DNA of 64,000 nt. Origin: Psammoneis japonica (taxonomy: Eukaryota). The translations under genes were made by a program, and so were the position numbers. Below, piece after piece: positions 39,001 through 50,900 of the stretch. The stretch covers positions 124,001-188,000 of the forward strand of contig QPGO01000125.1 of assembly GCA_008632985.1 (NCBI GenBank). Reading direction: 5' to 3'. Below the pieces are notes generated by a model that had not been told where the DNA came from, searched no databases, and worked only from the letters and a program-made list of their open reading frames with translations. Numbering within the stretch: the first letter of the stretch is position 1; every line of letters begins with the position of its first letter.

Positions 39001-39352
39001 AAAACAAGCGAGAACTTGTCTTCGGGGGCAGTGGCTGCTGCTGAGCTGCTGCTGCACTACGTCCCGGTGACTTGGCTTTGCGATCTGGTGAAGTACGTCG
39101 TGGTGATGTCGTTGGTTCAGGCGGTGCTGCTGTAGTCTGTTGTCGCTTTCCGCGTGATTTTTGCCGAAACAGCATGTTGATTCCTGATGTGATCTTCTTC
39201 TGCTTGACGGGTGGAGGTGCAGTCACAAAGTCAGACGGAGGACCTCGAGTGGAAGAAGAGTACTCTGACGAATCAGCAGGAGGTGGACCATATCGATCGT
39301 TGCGGTTACGGGAGAGCCGAGAACGACGCTTGTCGCGTGCCAGAGACGCCAT
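36094..39352 (-). CDS. Multi-pass membrane protein with PrsW-type intramembrane protease domain, preceded by a Cys-rich PLAC8-like segment and a D/N/G/Y-rich repeat region
   Basis: PrsW motifs AAVTEELCKY, GLACAEN, PVHAL, AVILHGTFD. CWCQCLSVCALAQEAREV is PLAC8-like. One apparent frameshift (~38090) and one intron (~37250-37337). Confidence 0.8.
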
Positions 39353-39960
39353 GGTGGATCGATCCGGAATGCATGTGACAAACGTGTGCTGCTCTGAATA
39401 ATCGACGCAAAAAATACCAACGAAAAGGGATCTAACGTATATTCATACTCGTATACTTAAATTTCATATTGTATCGATAAAAGAGAGGTATTTTTTGTAA
39501 GCCAGTGCAATGGTATGTATAACGATAAAGAAGTTAATATCGTCATTTGAAAACGGTATGTTTCCGTTGAATTTTTATGTACTATATATTTGATAAGAGC
39601 CCTTCGCAAGCAACGAACCCACATGCGTTGGGTGACACGCGTAAGAACTCGCATGCGCGCGCCATGGCCGTAGTGTCTCTCCAGCGATTACCAGCTGAAT
39701 ATTGTCTTCATTTTTGTATGTATTTGTGAAACAACGCTAAGAATTTGAGAAGGCCTCCTACTACAAAAAGCACGCGTTCTCGTGTCACCTTTGAATTTAC
39801 GTGCAGTTTGTACGGCGTTTCACCGGCGTTTTGTTGAGGCCTCTCCCGCTGTTGCCGGTATGTTGGCTGAGTAACGCTCCGAGCTCAGCAGCAACAACAT
39901 AACAACAGATAAAAGAAAGAGTTACACTGCCGTAACCACACAACACTTGCTTTTCCTATA

Positions 39961-42900
39961 ATACCACGTTTAACCATTCCGCCTCGACGTCCCAGTAAGG
40001 CCCCCAAGGCCAAGGCGGCAGAAACCGCCACGACCGCTGCTCGCATTGCAGCCGCTATTTCCAAGGATGACAGCGTCGTTGCCGAATTCACAGTTACCGG
40101 AACGACTCTTACCAAGGGAAACTCAACCTCCAAATGTCTTCACTGTAATTCGTCCGATGGATCGATTCAAGTCTCATGCGATGAGTGTCATGGGTATATC
40201 TGCAACAAGTGCCACTGGTGTCACGAGTTTCAGGCCAATCACGAGATTCGAGTGTGTGATCGGTGCGACGCGTTTTACTGCAGAAACTGTGATGAAATGG
40301 ACCAGTGCGATGATTGTTCGGAAGTTGTCTGTGCCTCGTGCTCGACCCTACTGAGTTGCAAGTTTTGTGGAGGGGGGCTCTGCGAAGACTGTGCGACGGC
40401 GTGTGGGAGGTATGTTTGTATGCTATGATATATAGCAGTCCTGTGTGCTCTTGTTATGGCTGCATATACTATGTTTAGGTTGATAACTCACCTTATATTA
40501 CACTTACCTATCCTTTGATTGCCACATGAACAGATGCGGAATTGTGCTGTGCTCTCGGGACGCCAAGTTTGCCGTGGAATGCGATACCTGCAAATTATCT
40601 TATTGTCTCGTTTGTTTGGCCTCGGGAACCAAGGACCCGTGCGTACGATGCGGTCACCGCCCCTCCAAACGGGTCGAGCAATTGGTACACTTGCGCCTAA
40701 AGAGTATTTACAAGGCATTCAAGCAGAGTGGAGCTCAGGCGCGGCACGATCGAGACAAGCGGGACGAGGATTCCAGTGAAAATGTGGGCGCCGTGTTGCA
40801 AGCTGCCGCCGCAGCCGCAGCGACACATCGGGGGAGTTCGTCCAGTACCAAGAGCAAGAAACCAACGCCCACTCCAATGGAAAAGTTCAAAGTCAAGCAG
40901 GCGGAAGCGGACGCTGCCGCGGCGGAGTTATTGGCAGAGCTTGAACAAGAAGAAGAGATTGCCGCTGCGAGCAAGTCCAAGAAGAGTAAAAAGAAGAAAA
41001 AGAAGGAACGGCAGCAAGCGAAAAAGGAAGAGGAAAAGAAAAAGGCCGAAAATGTGACTTTTGAAAAGAAGGAAGAAACCGAAACCGAGTCTGAAGACCA
41101 AAAGGAGGACGAAGACCAAAAGGAGGAGGAGGAAGAAGAAATCCTTTTGCCCGAGACTTCCAAGACTACTACGACTAGCGATCCAGAAGTGGATTTGGTG
41201 GAGAAGCAGTTAGTTGAACTGGTTGAAAATCAAGACGAGGAGGGGATGAAGCGTTACTGGCAACGCTCAAGGGTGTTCCGGGTCGGGCTCAACTACGAAA
41301 GAACGCCAAGAAAGCGCTCAAGCGTTTGCGCGAGGCGAACGCCGCTGCTGAAGAACCTCCTGTACCAGACAAGCCAGTTCCAGAAACAGATCTTGATGAC
41401 GAGATTATGGTCCCTGCAGATCCTTCCGTCAGTCAAGGTAGTGATGCCGGTGCTCCCGGATACAAGCCGCCCGAGCCTTTGCTTAAACTTGTTTCTCACA
41501 CACACCGTGCCGTGGGGAATACTCCTGCCGGGCCCAGCAGTAGGCTTATACGATCCAACTCCACTCAGTCGGCTAGTAATCAGGCAAAAGCCGAATGTGT
41601 AATGCATATGAATCCATCCGTCGTTGGATGGGTCATTGGTAAGGGTGGACAGCGAATTCGAGATTTGATGGAAGAGAGCGGCGCCAAGGTTTGGATTGAC
41701 CAGGATTCCATGACGTCGCAGGATCCAAGGGTTGTGTATGTCAGCGGAAGTCGCAAGTCTGTCGATGCCGCTGTACGAATGATTAAAGATTTGGTTGCAA
41801 AAGCTCCCGTGGGGGGTGCGGCTGGAACACCCGTGTCAACGTCGGTGCCTCCGGCGGCGACTGCTGGCGTGGGCCGGCCTCCACTGATTCCTGCCGACGC
41901 GGAGTTGACCAATCCAGAGATCTCGGCAGTACCACCCGCTCTTCCCAAGCCTACACCACGAGTCGCCAGGAGTGCTTCTGCTTCTGACGAACCTCGTAGC
42001 GCCGTACCACTTCGTCGCGCAGAGTCAGAGGGAGGGGGAGTTCATCATCACCATCACCACCATCATGAACGGCGGGGTCCGGATTGGGCGACTGAAGAAC
42101 TCACATGCGAGGCTCGATTCGTTCCTCTATTAATTGGACGCCGAGGATGGACAATCAAGCATATTCAGGATTCGAGTGGTGCGCGTGTAGATATTGATCA
42201 GACGGTATCACCGCGCAAAGTCAAGATTTCGGGCAAGGCGAGTTGTGTCCGTACCGCAAAACGAATGGTCAGCGATGTCTTGAGCTACCCCCACGCGCAG
42301 TTACATTATCATGGTGCGGGTAATGCGACTGACGCGGTGCCACCAACACCTACTGAAGAAGCGCCGCCGGACGATGTGGCACCTCCCTTGCCTGCTGCGA
42401 TTCCAGATGTTGGGGAGCCTCCGAGAGGTCAGCCGACAATGGATGGCGAAGGTATACTCAAAGCTGCGCTCAAAGCGACGGCAATGGGAAACAAGGAGGA
42501 TTCGTCTCCGCCGGTATCTCTCAACATCAGGAGCACTATTTCAGCTTCGTCGTCGTTGTCTTCGACTCCAGAGCCATCCATGGCGTCCACGAGCCAACAG
42601 CAGTTGAGCGGGGTCCCGGTTGGTCCCCTCCTTACGCCTGATGTTTTTGTTGCTCCTGGAGCTTTGCCGCAGGGGTATCAGCAACAGCTAAATACCACTG
42701 GGAATTTGCCAAGTAGTGCTCCAGTCAATGACACGCCGCTATTTAGTGGAGCAGTTTCAGCCCTGAGCAATAAGCCCGCCCAACATGTCATCCCTCCTAC
42801 ACAACAGATGCCTTCCGTTGTGCCACCAGCACCCGGGTTCTCGAACGGCCAGCAGCAAATGCTTTCTGGCCAGCCAATGATGCAAGATTCAATGACGTCT

Positions 42901-43740
42901 AATCGTGCAATGGCTAGTGGGAACGTTCATGCTCCGCCGGCTTCGGCTGCTCCTCACTTGCGTGGCATTGGTATAGCGGATCAATTCGGGGCACCCGACC
43001 AACAGAATAAACAGCTTCCTCCTCTTCAGCAGGCTAATCAGACGTACCAGCCCTCGCACTTTATGCACCGCAGTTCTTCCGCACCAGAAACTGGGTATCG
43101 TTCCGAGATGGATCTTCCCAGAGGTGGCGGTGGAGGGATTTTTGGGAATGGTGCAAATCCAGACGCTCTTGCCGGTTCCTTGTGGGGAAACGAGTCCGGG
43201 CGAGGTGCTGCAGGCCTCGATATAGCTGGGCAGCGGCACCAGAAACCCATGGAGGGATACCAGTCATCATCTGCATTCTCTTCTACAAGACCCATTGCCG
43301 GTGGCCGCATGGAGCCCGGCCCTCTTGGGTATGGTTCTCAAGAACGACACAGTGTTCACCAAGAGGGTGCTGTGAATCAGATGTTTCCGCCTGGACTATC
43401 GAATCGGAATGCTGACTTTCTGGAGAATACCACTTCTTCTGGCGGTCTGTTTGATCAGAACCACAACGAATCCAACCTCGTGGACAACCTGTTTGGGCCG
43501 TCCTCCTCGGGAGCCGGTGCTGAGCAGACTCTTCTCGGTAGATTTCAAAGTTTGGACATCAATTCGGGTGCCATGGAAAACTGGAACTCTTCGTCGCTTC
43601 CAGGCTGGAGAGCTGAAGGCCAAGGCGGCGACGGAACGAGAGCCACGGGCGCCGGAGCTACAGGCTTCCATCAAAGTTCCGTTCCTACGGACCGTCCCTT
43701 GCACGGTCAGCAGCCTTCGCAATCTCGCCTTAATTGGTGA
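39961..43740 (+). CDS. Protein with N-terminal multi-CxxC region, charged coiled coil and two KH domains (start uncertain; intron ~40410-40533; apparent frameshift ~41250)
   Basis: KH motifs VGWVIGKGGQRIRDLMEESGAKVWI and VPLLIGRRGWTIKHIQDSSGARVDI. More than 10 CxxC pairs between 40135 and 40655. No in-frame ATG seen after the stop at 39910. Confidence 0.8.
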
Positions 43741-44681
43741 GAAGCGATAGTACATTATGGTGTGGTTGAAGTTCTAATGACAGTGGAGTGGGGTTTATTA
43801 TAATGTTTTCTGCTCGTGTCGAATGCTTACTGCCTTGGCATTCATTCACGAGCTGGTAAAGGAAAGGGAGGAAGACCAAAAGACAGATAGGCTTGACTCA
43901 TCGACAGGTGTGGTTGAAGTTGAACTGTCAAACACGTTTTGGTTTTGTTCCGGAAAGCGTATTTCGCTTGCTAACGTGATTTACTGTGACGATCACAAGC
44001 AAGTTGATACTGGGCGCCGATGGACGATTCCTTGATTTTACCAGGAACACTTTTAAGAAACTTTGGGTAATTTATCATTTGTTTTGTACATTGGCTACCA
44101 ATTATTGTATCTTATGGCACAACCAGCGACTTTGCTATCGCTCCTCGCTGACAGTTGAACACAACTATGCAAGAGTTCGCGTCGCGATCTGGTCGTTCTC
44201 ACAAGGATAACAGTGGCCTTGTCCACATGAAATTCCAAACTCCGTAAACATTTGCAGCCATTGTTTTTACTGTACACCATTCAAAGATTGTCTGTAAAAC
44301 CGCTTTGAGAGCATCCTTGTGGCATCACTGCACCCCTCCTCCCTTTTTTGGTGTTTGCTCGCTGCCGAATAATCGTGGGCGCGCGTGCTCTTTACGCCGG
44401 ATTTTTATCTTTTTGCGCTCTTTCTGTCTGTCATTTTTCGCGTTTTCGATCATCATCAATCATCACCATGCCGTCCGGGGGTAGACGACTTGCACACCAG
44501 TGGCATGAATCCCACCACGGTCTTTCTTGATGTATATGCTATTGGGTAGGGCCCTAAGGTTACTGCGTTCTGAGACTCCGCGCCCTCTGGTCGTTCTTGT
44601 TTCTGGTGCAACTCGAGATGCGTGTCTCACTTGCTCACACGATTCACGGTGCACGTCTGATCGTATTTTATTTGTGGAGAA

Positions 44682-45524
44682 ATGAGACCCGTCATAACTC
44701 TCGAACAGTTCATGATGGAGCCTCATCAGCAGCGTTTTCGAGTTGGGACATTCAATGTTCATGGATTTACCAATGGCAATTCCGAAGACACCTTTGAAGA
44801 AATTTGTGATCTCCTGAGCCAGTCCAATCTGGATATTATCGGCCTTCAAGAGGCCCCTGGAGCTCGTTTGTCTGAGTTAATGGAGAAAATCGGCAAAGAC
44901 AAGTACCAACTTGCTGCCAAGTATGGAGGAACAGCGATTGTGACCCGACTGCCCATCATCAAAGGAAGTGGAAACAAACCTGGCAAGGGAAGGTTTTGTT
45001 GTTGCGAAGTGGTTCTACCGACCAATGGCGACAGTATTCGAACGTGCAGCATCATTGTTCTCCATCTCGATCATCGTAAAGAAATTCGGCGACTAAACGA
45101 GATGAAGACGGTGATAAAGGCCTTTGAGAAATGCGGTTCACGCCTTCCTGACATTTGGGTAGGAGACTTCAACGCGCTCACAAGATCAGACTACTCGAGA
45201 AAGGAATGGAACCAAATCGCACAGATTCGACAGCAGAGCCACTGGGAACCCCCTATATCTGATCTAACGTCGGATATAAAGGCAACTATGAAGAAAAAGA
45301 CCCCGCTGTGGAAGGGCATGGGTTTGAACGATGCCTTTGAATCGGCACCGGCTACGCGCAGGCGTGGTCCTTTGGGGACGTCCCGCTTTGATACAAGGAT
45401 TGACTACGTTTACTTTAATGAGCAGCGACTAAGGGATGCAGGGTGGACCATCAGTACATGTGAACATGTAGACTCGAAGAAGTTTTCGGATCACAACCTT
45501 GTCGTCGCTACTTTTCAGGAGTGA
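44682..45524 (+). CDS. Endonuclease/exonuclease/phosphatase (EEP) family protein
   Basis: GTFNV, IIGLQE, HLDH, VGDFN, RIDYVY, SDHNLVVATF. Confidence 0.9.
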   Translation: MRPVITLEQFMMEPHQQRFRVGTFNVHGFTNGNSEDTFEEICDLLSQSNLDIIGLQEAPGARLSELMEKIGKDKYQLAAKYGGTAIVTRLPIIKGSGNKPGKGRFCCCEVVLPTNGDSIRTCSIIVLHLDHRKEIRRLNEMKTVIKAFEKCGSRLPDIWVGDFNALTRSDYSRKEWNQIAQIRQQSHWEPPISDLTSDIKATMKKKTPLWKGMGLNDAFESAPATRRRGPLGTSRFDTRIDYVYFNEQRLRDAGWTISTCEHVDSKKFSDHNLVVATFQE

Positions 45525-46024
45525 CGGGAAGCGTGACGCGGTTGGCATTGGACCGAATACGTTTCCCTGCTTGTTCTGGCACTGCAGCTTGGACACTGTC
45601 CTTACTTCATTCAATTCTTGAGCTGCTTTACTGACATCATGCTTCAACTGAATTTCGTGCGGTACCTGTATGGATGTGTGGAGTATGGGAGTCTGAACCC
45701 TGCCTCGGCATTCGTTCACGAGCTGGTAGCGGATCTGAAGAAAGACCAAAAGATAGATAGGACGAAGTTGTCAAAGCAGCGCTGGATTTGATCCGGAAGG
45801 GCGCATATCTCTTGCGATCTTCATGTGAGGGATGATCTGTAAATAATAATGTACCTGGTAACGAACTCTGTTTTTCGCTTCTTTCTATATCTCTATAATT
45901 TATAATTCATAATCTATTTGTCTCTATGTCTATCAACCTGCATGGGAAACCATCACAATCTAGCTCGCCCTCGTTTCCCAAGTTCTAAAAAGCGGTAAAC
46001 ATACCGCATCAAACTCTTGACCTT

Positions 46025-46301
46025 CTACTCTTCGACAATCTTCAGCGAAGAAACACTTGCCCCAGCAAGCGAGGAGTCATCGTCTGAATCAAAATATGAT
46101 TGGTCTTCATCGGTGTCATATTGCCATCTCGTGTAGAAGAAATAGCCTTTTCTTGTTCAGCTCGATATGGCGAAGGAGCAGTCTTCGTTTGATTCGGTGA
46201 AGCCGTCTTGAAACTTCACGTAGTTCTTGCTGATCAACTTGGTGTAACTCATCCGAGCGAGAAACAGCCACTTCGGAAAGATTGTAATTGAAATTGTTCA
46301 T
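46025..46301 (-). CDS. Small protein (~90 aa) with basic amphipathic helix and acidic tail; apparent frameshift near 46130
   Basis: QELREVSRRLHRIKRRLLLRHIE matches the ORF at 47079-47327. An acidic Ser-rich tail ending SSLKIVEE lies in another frame. Confidence 0.5.
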
Positions 46302-47078
46302 ATCTTTGTCTCGTGTACAGTCAGGAGGTGTGTTCGATTTGCAAAGAAGAGAAATTGTGGTCCTGCTCTCACTCACATCAATCAATGCGAAGTCAAATAC
46401 ACACGTTCCAACGGCTTCGGGACGACACCTCTTCCCACGAGCTGACTCGCGAACCCTACATCATTGAAAGTAAAGAAACAAAATTTCTTCCGACTCCGAC
46501 GAACAGCCATTCACTGGCTCAGACAGGAGGTGCGTGCTACTACTAGCTAGCTAGCGTGGTCGATGACACTGGCAGTCGGCACGACAGAAATTGCACAGAC
46601 ATTACTGTACGATACGATGATGACCCACTCTCTCTCTCTAGGGCCCTAGTCTAGCTAGAGCTATGCTCGCTACTAGCTAGAGGTCTAGCAATACTACAGT
46701 AGGGCCCTAGACTAGCTCTCGCTAGTAGAGAGTGGGTCCTACAGTGCTCTAGGGCCCTAGAGCTACTGCAGGCAACCTATCTCAAGTGCATCTGTAGGTC
46801 GCAGAGCTTACAAAGTAGGAAGAGATCACTACTAGGATTTAAAAAAGGGAAATAGCAATAATGACCCTGCTCATTCATAATATAAACGTCAAATGTGTAG
46901 GGGAAAATGTAGGAGCGAGTCGTTGGCACTCTTGAGTGTAACGAATGGTTGCAGATATTCGTGTTGAAGGTCTGCCAGCTTTCCAAAACGTGACCATCCA
47001 ACAAAGACTCGCCGATGGCTTGAAAAGCGTCGGTTATCACTCAGTAGACTAAGCGTTTACAGCTCTTCTGAAATAGCA

Positions 47079-47327
47079 TTACTCTTCCAACGATGTTAGC
47101 GAAGAATAAGAAGACTCCAAAGATGATTCGTCTAGTAAGCCCTTCCTTTCCGGACGCATTCTAACGAAGGATGCTTGAGCGCGGAGCCGTTCTTGTTCAA
47201 TGTGGCGTAGCAACAACTTGCGCTTGATCCGACGAAGGCGATTTGACAGCTCTCTAATATCTTGGCTAGTTGCTTCTTCTACCATGGTAGGCACTTGACT
47301 GGCTTCGGCGTAATTCATACTCGTCAT
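47079..47327 (-). CDS. Small 82-aa protein, paralog of 46025-46301
   Basis: QDIRELSNRLRRIKRKLLLRHIEQ and tail SSLTSLEE. Confidence 0.55.
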   Translation of the reverse strand: MTSMNYAEASQVPTMVEEATSQDIRELSNRLRRIKRKLLLRHIEQERLRAQASFVRMRPERKGLLDESSLESSYSSLTSLEE

Positions 47328-47921
47328 GATGGATGATGGATTGGAAGTGAACAGCGATGCGATGCACCTTTTCTTTTCTCTTTTTGTGAGCGGCTCTGTG
47401 GCGTTGGGAAAAGAGGAGGCGAACTGTTATCCTATTCTACGTAGGAACCAGTACATATCTGAGTATGTAGCTGCCTGTAACCTCTCATAATCGGGTAATA
47501 ACTTATGTCTATCATTGAATAAGATATTTGATGTTCTAGTGACGTTCTTGTTGAAGTTGAGTTTATTCAATATATATGTCTGAAGCAATTAATTCAAAAT
47601 TTGGAACTCGTTTAACGGCAAAACATTCTGAATAACGGTAAATAACTGTAGATATCGATAGTCGATCGACGGAATCACTTTCAACGCGTAGGCAGCATAT
47701 GTGATTTCGTATGTAGTCTCATACCAGGAATGCAGTAGCCAACTGATGTTCTTCTGATGTTCTTGTTGAATTTGAGTTTATGCAATGCTCAGATATGAAG
47801 CAAATGAATAAAAATTTGGGCGGCAAAAAAGTTATTCGCGCAAACGTCAAAATAACCGCATGTTTGAGTTTTATTCCATTGGCAGAGCTCCAGACGACAT
47901 CAATGACCACGAACTAGCTAG

Positions 47922-50900
47922 ACTCTGAACATCGAACCGACAGCCAACAATCAAGTTTCGTTTTGTCGGTGCTTCCAGCGCCAGGAGCACTGTTTGTTGC
48001 TGGCACTCAGCCATGTGTCACACCGTGCAAGTGTGGCACATTGCAAAACTGTCAGGAGGGAGATGAGCCAAGCATTTGAAAGACGTGTGTTCGTCAGAAA
48101 AACGCGAATGCTGAGATTGAAGGACATGCTGCATTTGTCCTTTTTCCACCACTGTGCACTTTCTTGCGCAAGAAAATCTGGCTGATTTTCTCCCATCAAT
48201 TTTTTGTTGCTTCATTTTTCAGATCTGGTTGATGCTTTGAAGTGTCAGCCAGCGCCGCTGTTCTTCTTGATTGCTTGGAGCATCTGTGCAAAAAAAAAAA
48301 AGGTTTTGGTCGGAAGAAGCTGATCATGGCTGCTTTTGCTGCACTTTTGAACTTCTTTTTTTTGTTTCTCTTCCATCAAGCCTGGTTGTTTTTGACAACA
48401 ACGGAAGTCGTTCAAAAATGTTGCAAAAGCCGCCACAATTGACACTTTGTGTTGTGTGAGGGAAAAAAGACAAAATCATGTGGAAATGCACAAAAAAGCC
48501 ATGTGAGAGGGTGGTTGGAGCTGCCAACTTTTTGGGAACTCAACTGAAATTTCATCTGATCAAAGGTGCTTTGACTTGCATGGTGAAGAGCGACACCTTT
48601 GACCAGACAACATCTCAGTTGATTTCCAAGAAATTGACATTCCAGCAGGGATGGGCAGAGAGACTGGCAGCAGTTGTTTCTGGCGGGCACTCTTTCACAC
48701 AATTTCTGCACAATGACTCTGAGAGCCACAATGACTCCCGTCATTCCCACCTTTTTCACAGCAGAAAGAGCTCATGCCGGAAAAGAGCAGCACTCTCTAA
48801 CTCCATTTTTCACAACAAAAATTGCAAAAACTGAGACTTCACACAACAAGTGCACTTGATGTGTGGCTGCAGTTGCTTCAAAAAGATGCAGCTGATTTGT
48901 GGTGTGTCAGTTTTGCATTGGGGCTGAAACAGCAGTGCCAAAGTTTGATGAGTGCAGAGCAACTGAGCTGTTTGAAATGCAGAAGCAGGGGCAACAACAG
49001 GGTGTTGGCAATGTGTGAGAAGAGAAAAAAAAGGTGTGTCAAAAACACAGTGAGTTGAAAAGCTGGTCAGTCAGGAGCCCCCCTCAAGAAGCATCAAAAA
49101 CACCATTGCACCAGTCAAAAAAGCCCACTTGCTTGCTGCTGCATTGCGGCCTTCACAGCTCTGACAGCCTGCCCCTTGTTTTTCAGGCCACAGCTCCTGT
49201 GGCATGGGGCCATTTTTGAGGTGTGCGCAATTTGTGATGTGAGAGACATGAAAAAAATCTTCTTTGATTTGGAGCTCAACTGCCCCATGTGGAGGGCTGA
49301 CTCAGCACCAAACGCAATGATGCACAGAAAATTTTGCAATTTGTCCAATGTTTTGCACAGCATGAGAACACACCTTGAGCCAAATTTTGCTTTGCTCAAA
49401 CTGGAGGGGACCCCTTTCTCTTTCTGAAGATGACAATGCATGCACTGTGCTCTCATGCACCAGCACTCTTGTGACTCTCTTCTTGATCATCCCAAGATCA
49501 AATTGCTGGGCCCTGTGCACATGCACTCACACACTGCATCACTTGTCCTTGTTCCTGGCAAATCACAAAAGGCCCAGGCATTCTGCACAAAACTGTGTCA
49601 AGAGCTGGCACTCTCCTGCATCACCCCAGCTGCAGCGAGCTCTGCCTCTTGCACCAAGCTCAGTGCCAAATGTGCACAAAAAGGCAGGTGGTTGCAAAGC
49701 TTGTTGTTGACTGTGGCTGTGGGACAATTTTTGAGTTGTCACACCATTTTTCTCTGTGCAACATTCAGTTGGCTGCATTGTGCACTGCTCACTTGATGCT
49801 CAAAAAGTGCGAGCTGGTCTGTCCACAACAAAAGGGCTGTCACTCCAAGCTCATTTGAGGGGTCTTTGTGAAACCACATGATGACACATGGCTTGGTGCA
49901 CAACAAAGTTTTTGCACACTTGGCACAACTTTGGGTGGCAACCAAATGTTTGACCCTGCTTGTGATGTGGGTTCTTCATTCACAGCTGGAAGCTGCACAA
50001 TGACCACACCAGCACATCTGCTCATCAGAGAAGAAGCGCAAGTGTGTGGACATGCACAAAATGGCTGTGCTCATTTCTGCCCCATGCTTTGCACAGCTGT
50101 TGCATGGAAAGCTTGCATTGCAACATGTTTGCTGGTGTTTTCCAGCTGTTGGCATGGCCCATGTTGCATGCTCTCCCACAACATGGGCTGCAGAGCTCCT
50201 GACAGGTGCAATCTGCCACAGATTTGTGTTTCATTGCACCATCTTGTGGGTGCAGTGTGCCTCTGTTGTTTTCATGGACAACTCTTGTGGGGCACGGACA
50301 ACAGTCAGCTCCACATTCAGCAACTCTTTGTTCTTGTTTGACAAGTGCCAAATGCTCTGCAATGCACCATTCTGCTTGCGTTTTTTCAAAATGGCCCAGC
50401 TGGGGGTGACACCAGCCAGCTGTCTGCTTCTGCAGCAATGTTGTGCTGAGAGAGACTGTTTCATCTTGGTTGCAACCAGCTGTTTGGCTGACATTTCTGG
50501 CCCTGCAGAAAAAAAGCTTCTGCAGAGGTCAAGGCAGCTTCTGGCATTTCCTCAACTTTTGGGCCACACTTGGTTTCCATGGGGTGGTTGAGAGGGCCAA
50601 GACAACTCAGCATGCGCCCACCACAACCAAGCTGTGTGATGATGTCCCCCCCAGCATGCCACAACTTGTTGGACCCCTGTTCCTTGCATGCTGTTGTTGT
50701 GTGTGCAAACACATCATGGTGTGCTTGGTGCGGAAGACTTCACATGCAAGGTCATCAGTGCACACCAGCACACACCAGCCAAGGATGATGGACCTGAATC
50801 ATTTGGACAGCCCAGCTGAGCACAAAACCAAGCTTTCTCCAACAAAAAGCTTCTGGCCAACTGTCTTGCAACAAAGCTTCTCCAAGTTGACGCGTGAGCC

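Noticed and set aside
32386..43740. Calling NAA25, the PrsW-like gene and the KH gene pseudogenes or programmed frameshifts
   Set aside because: Isolated 1-2 nt indels in otherwise intact conserved genes, at least one in a homopolymer (~32520), are more simply explained as assembly errors. Read polishing is needed to confirm.
47900..47960. Helitron 3' end (CTAG) at the left edge of the TpA desert
   Set aside because: No convincing subterminal hairpin and no Rep/helicase motifs were seen.
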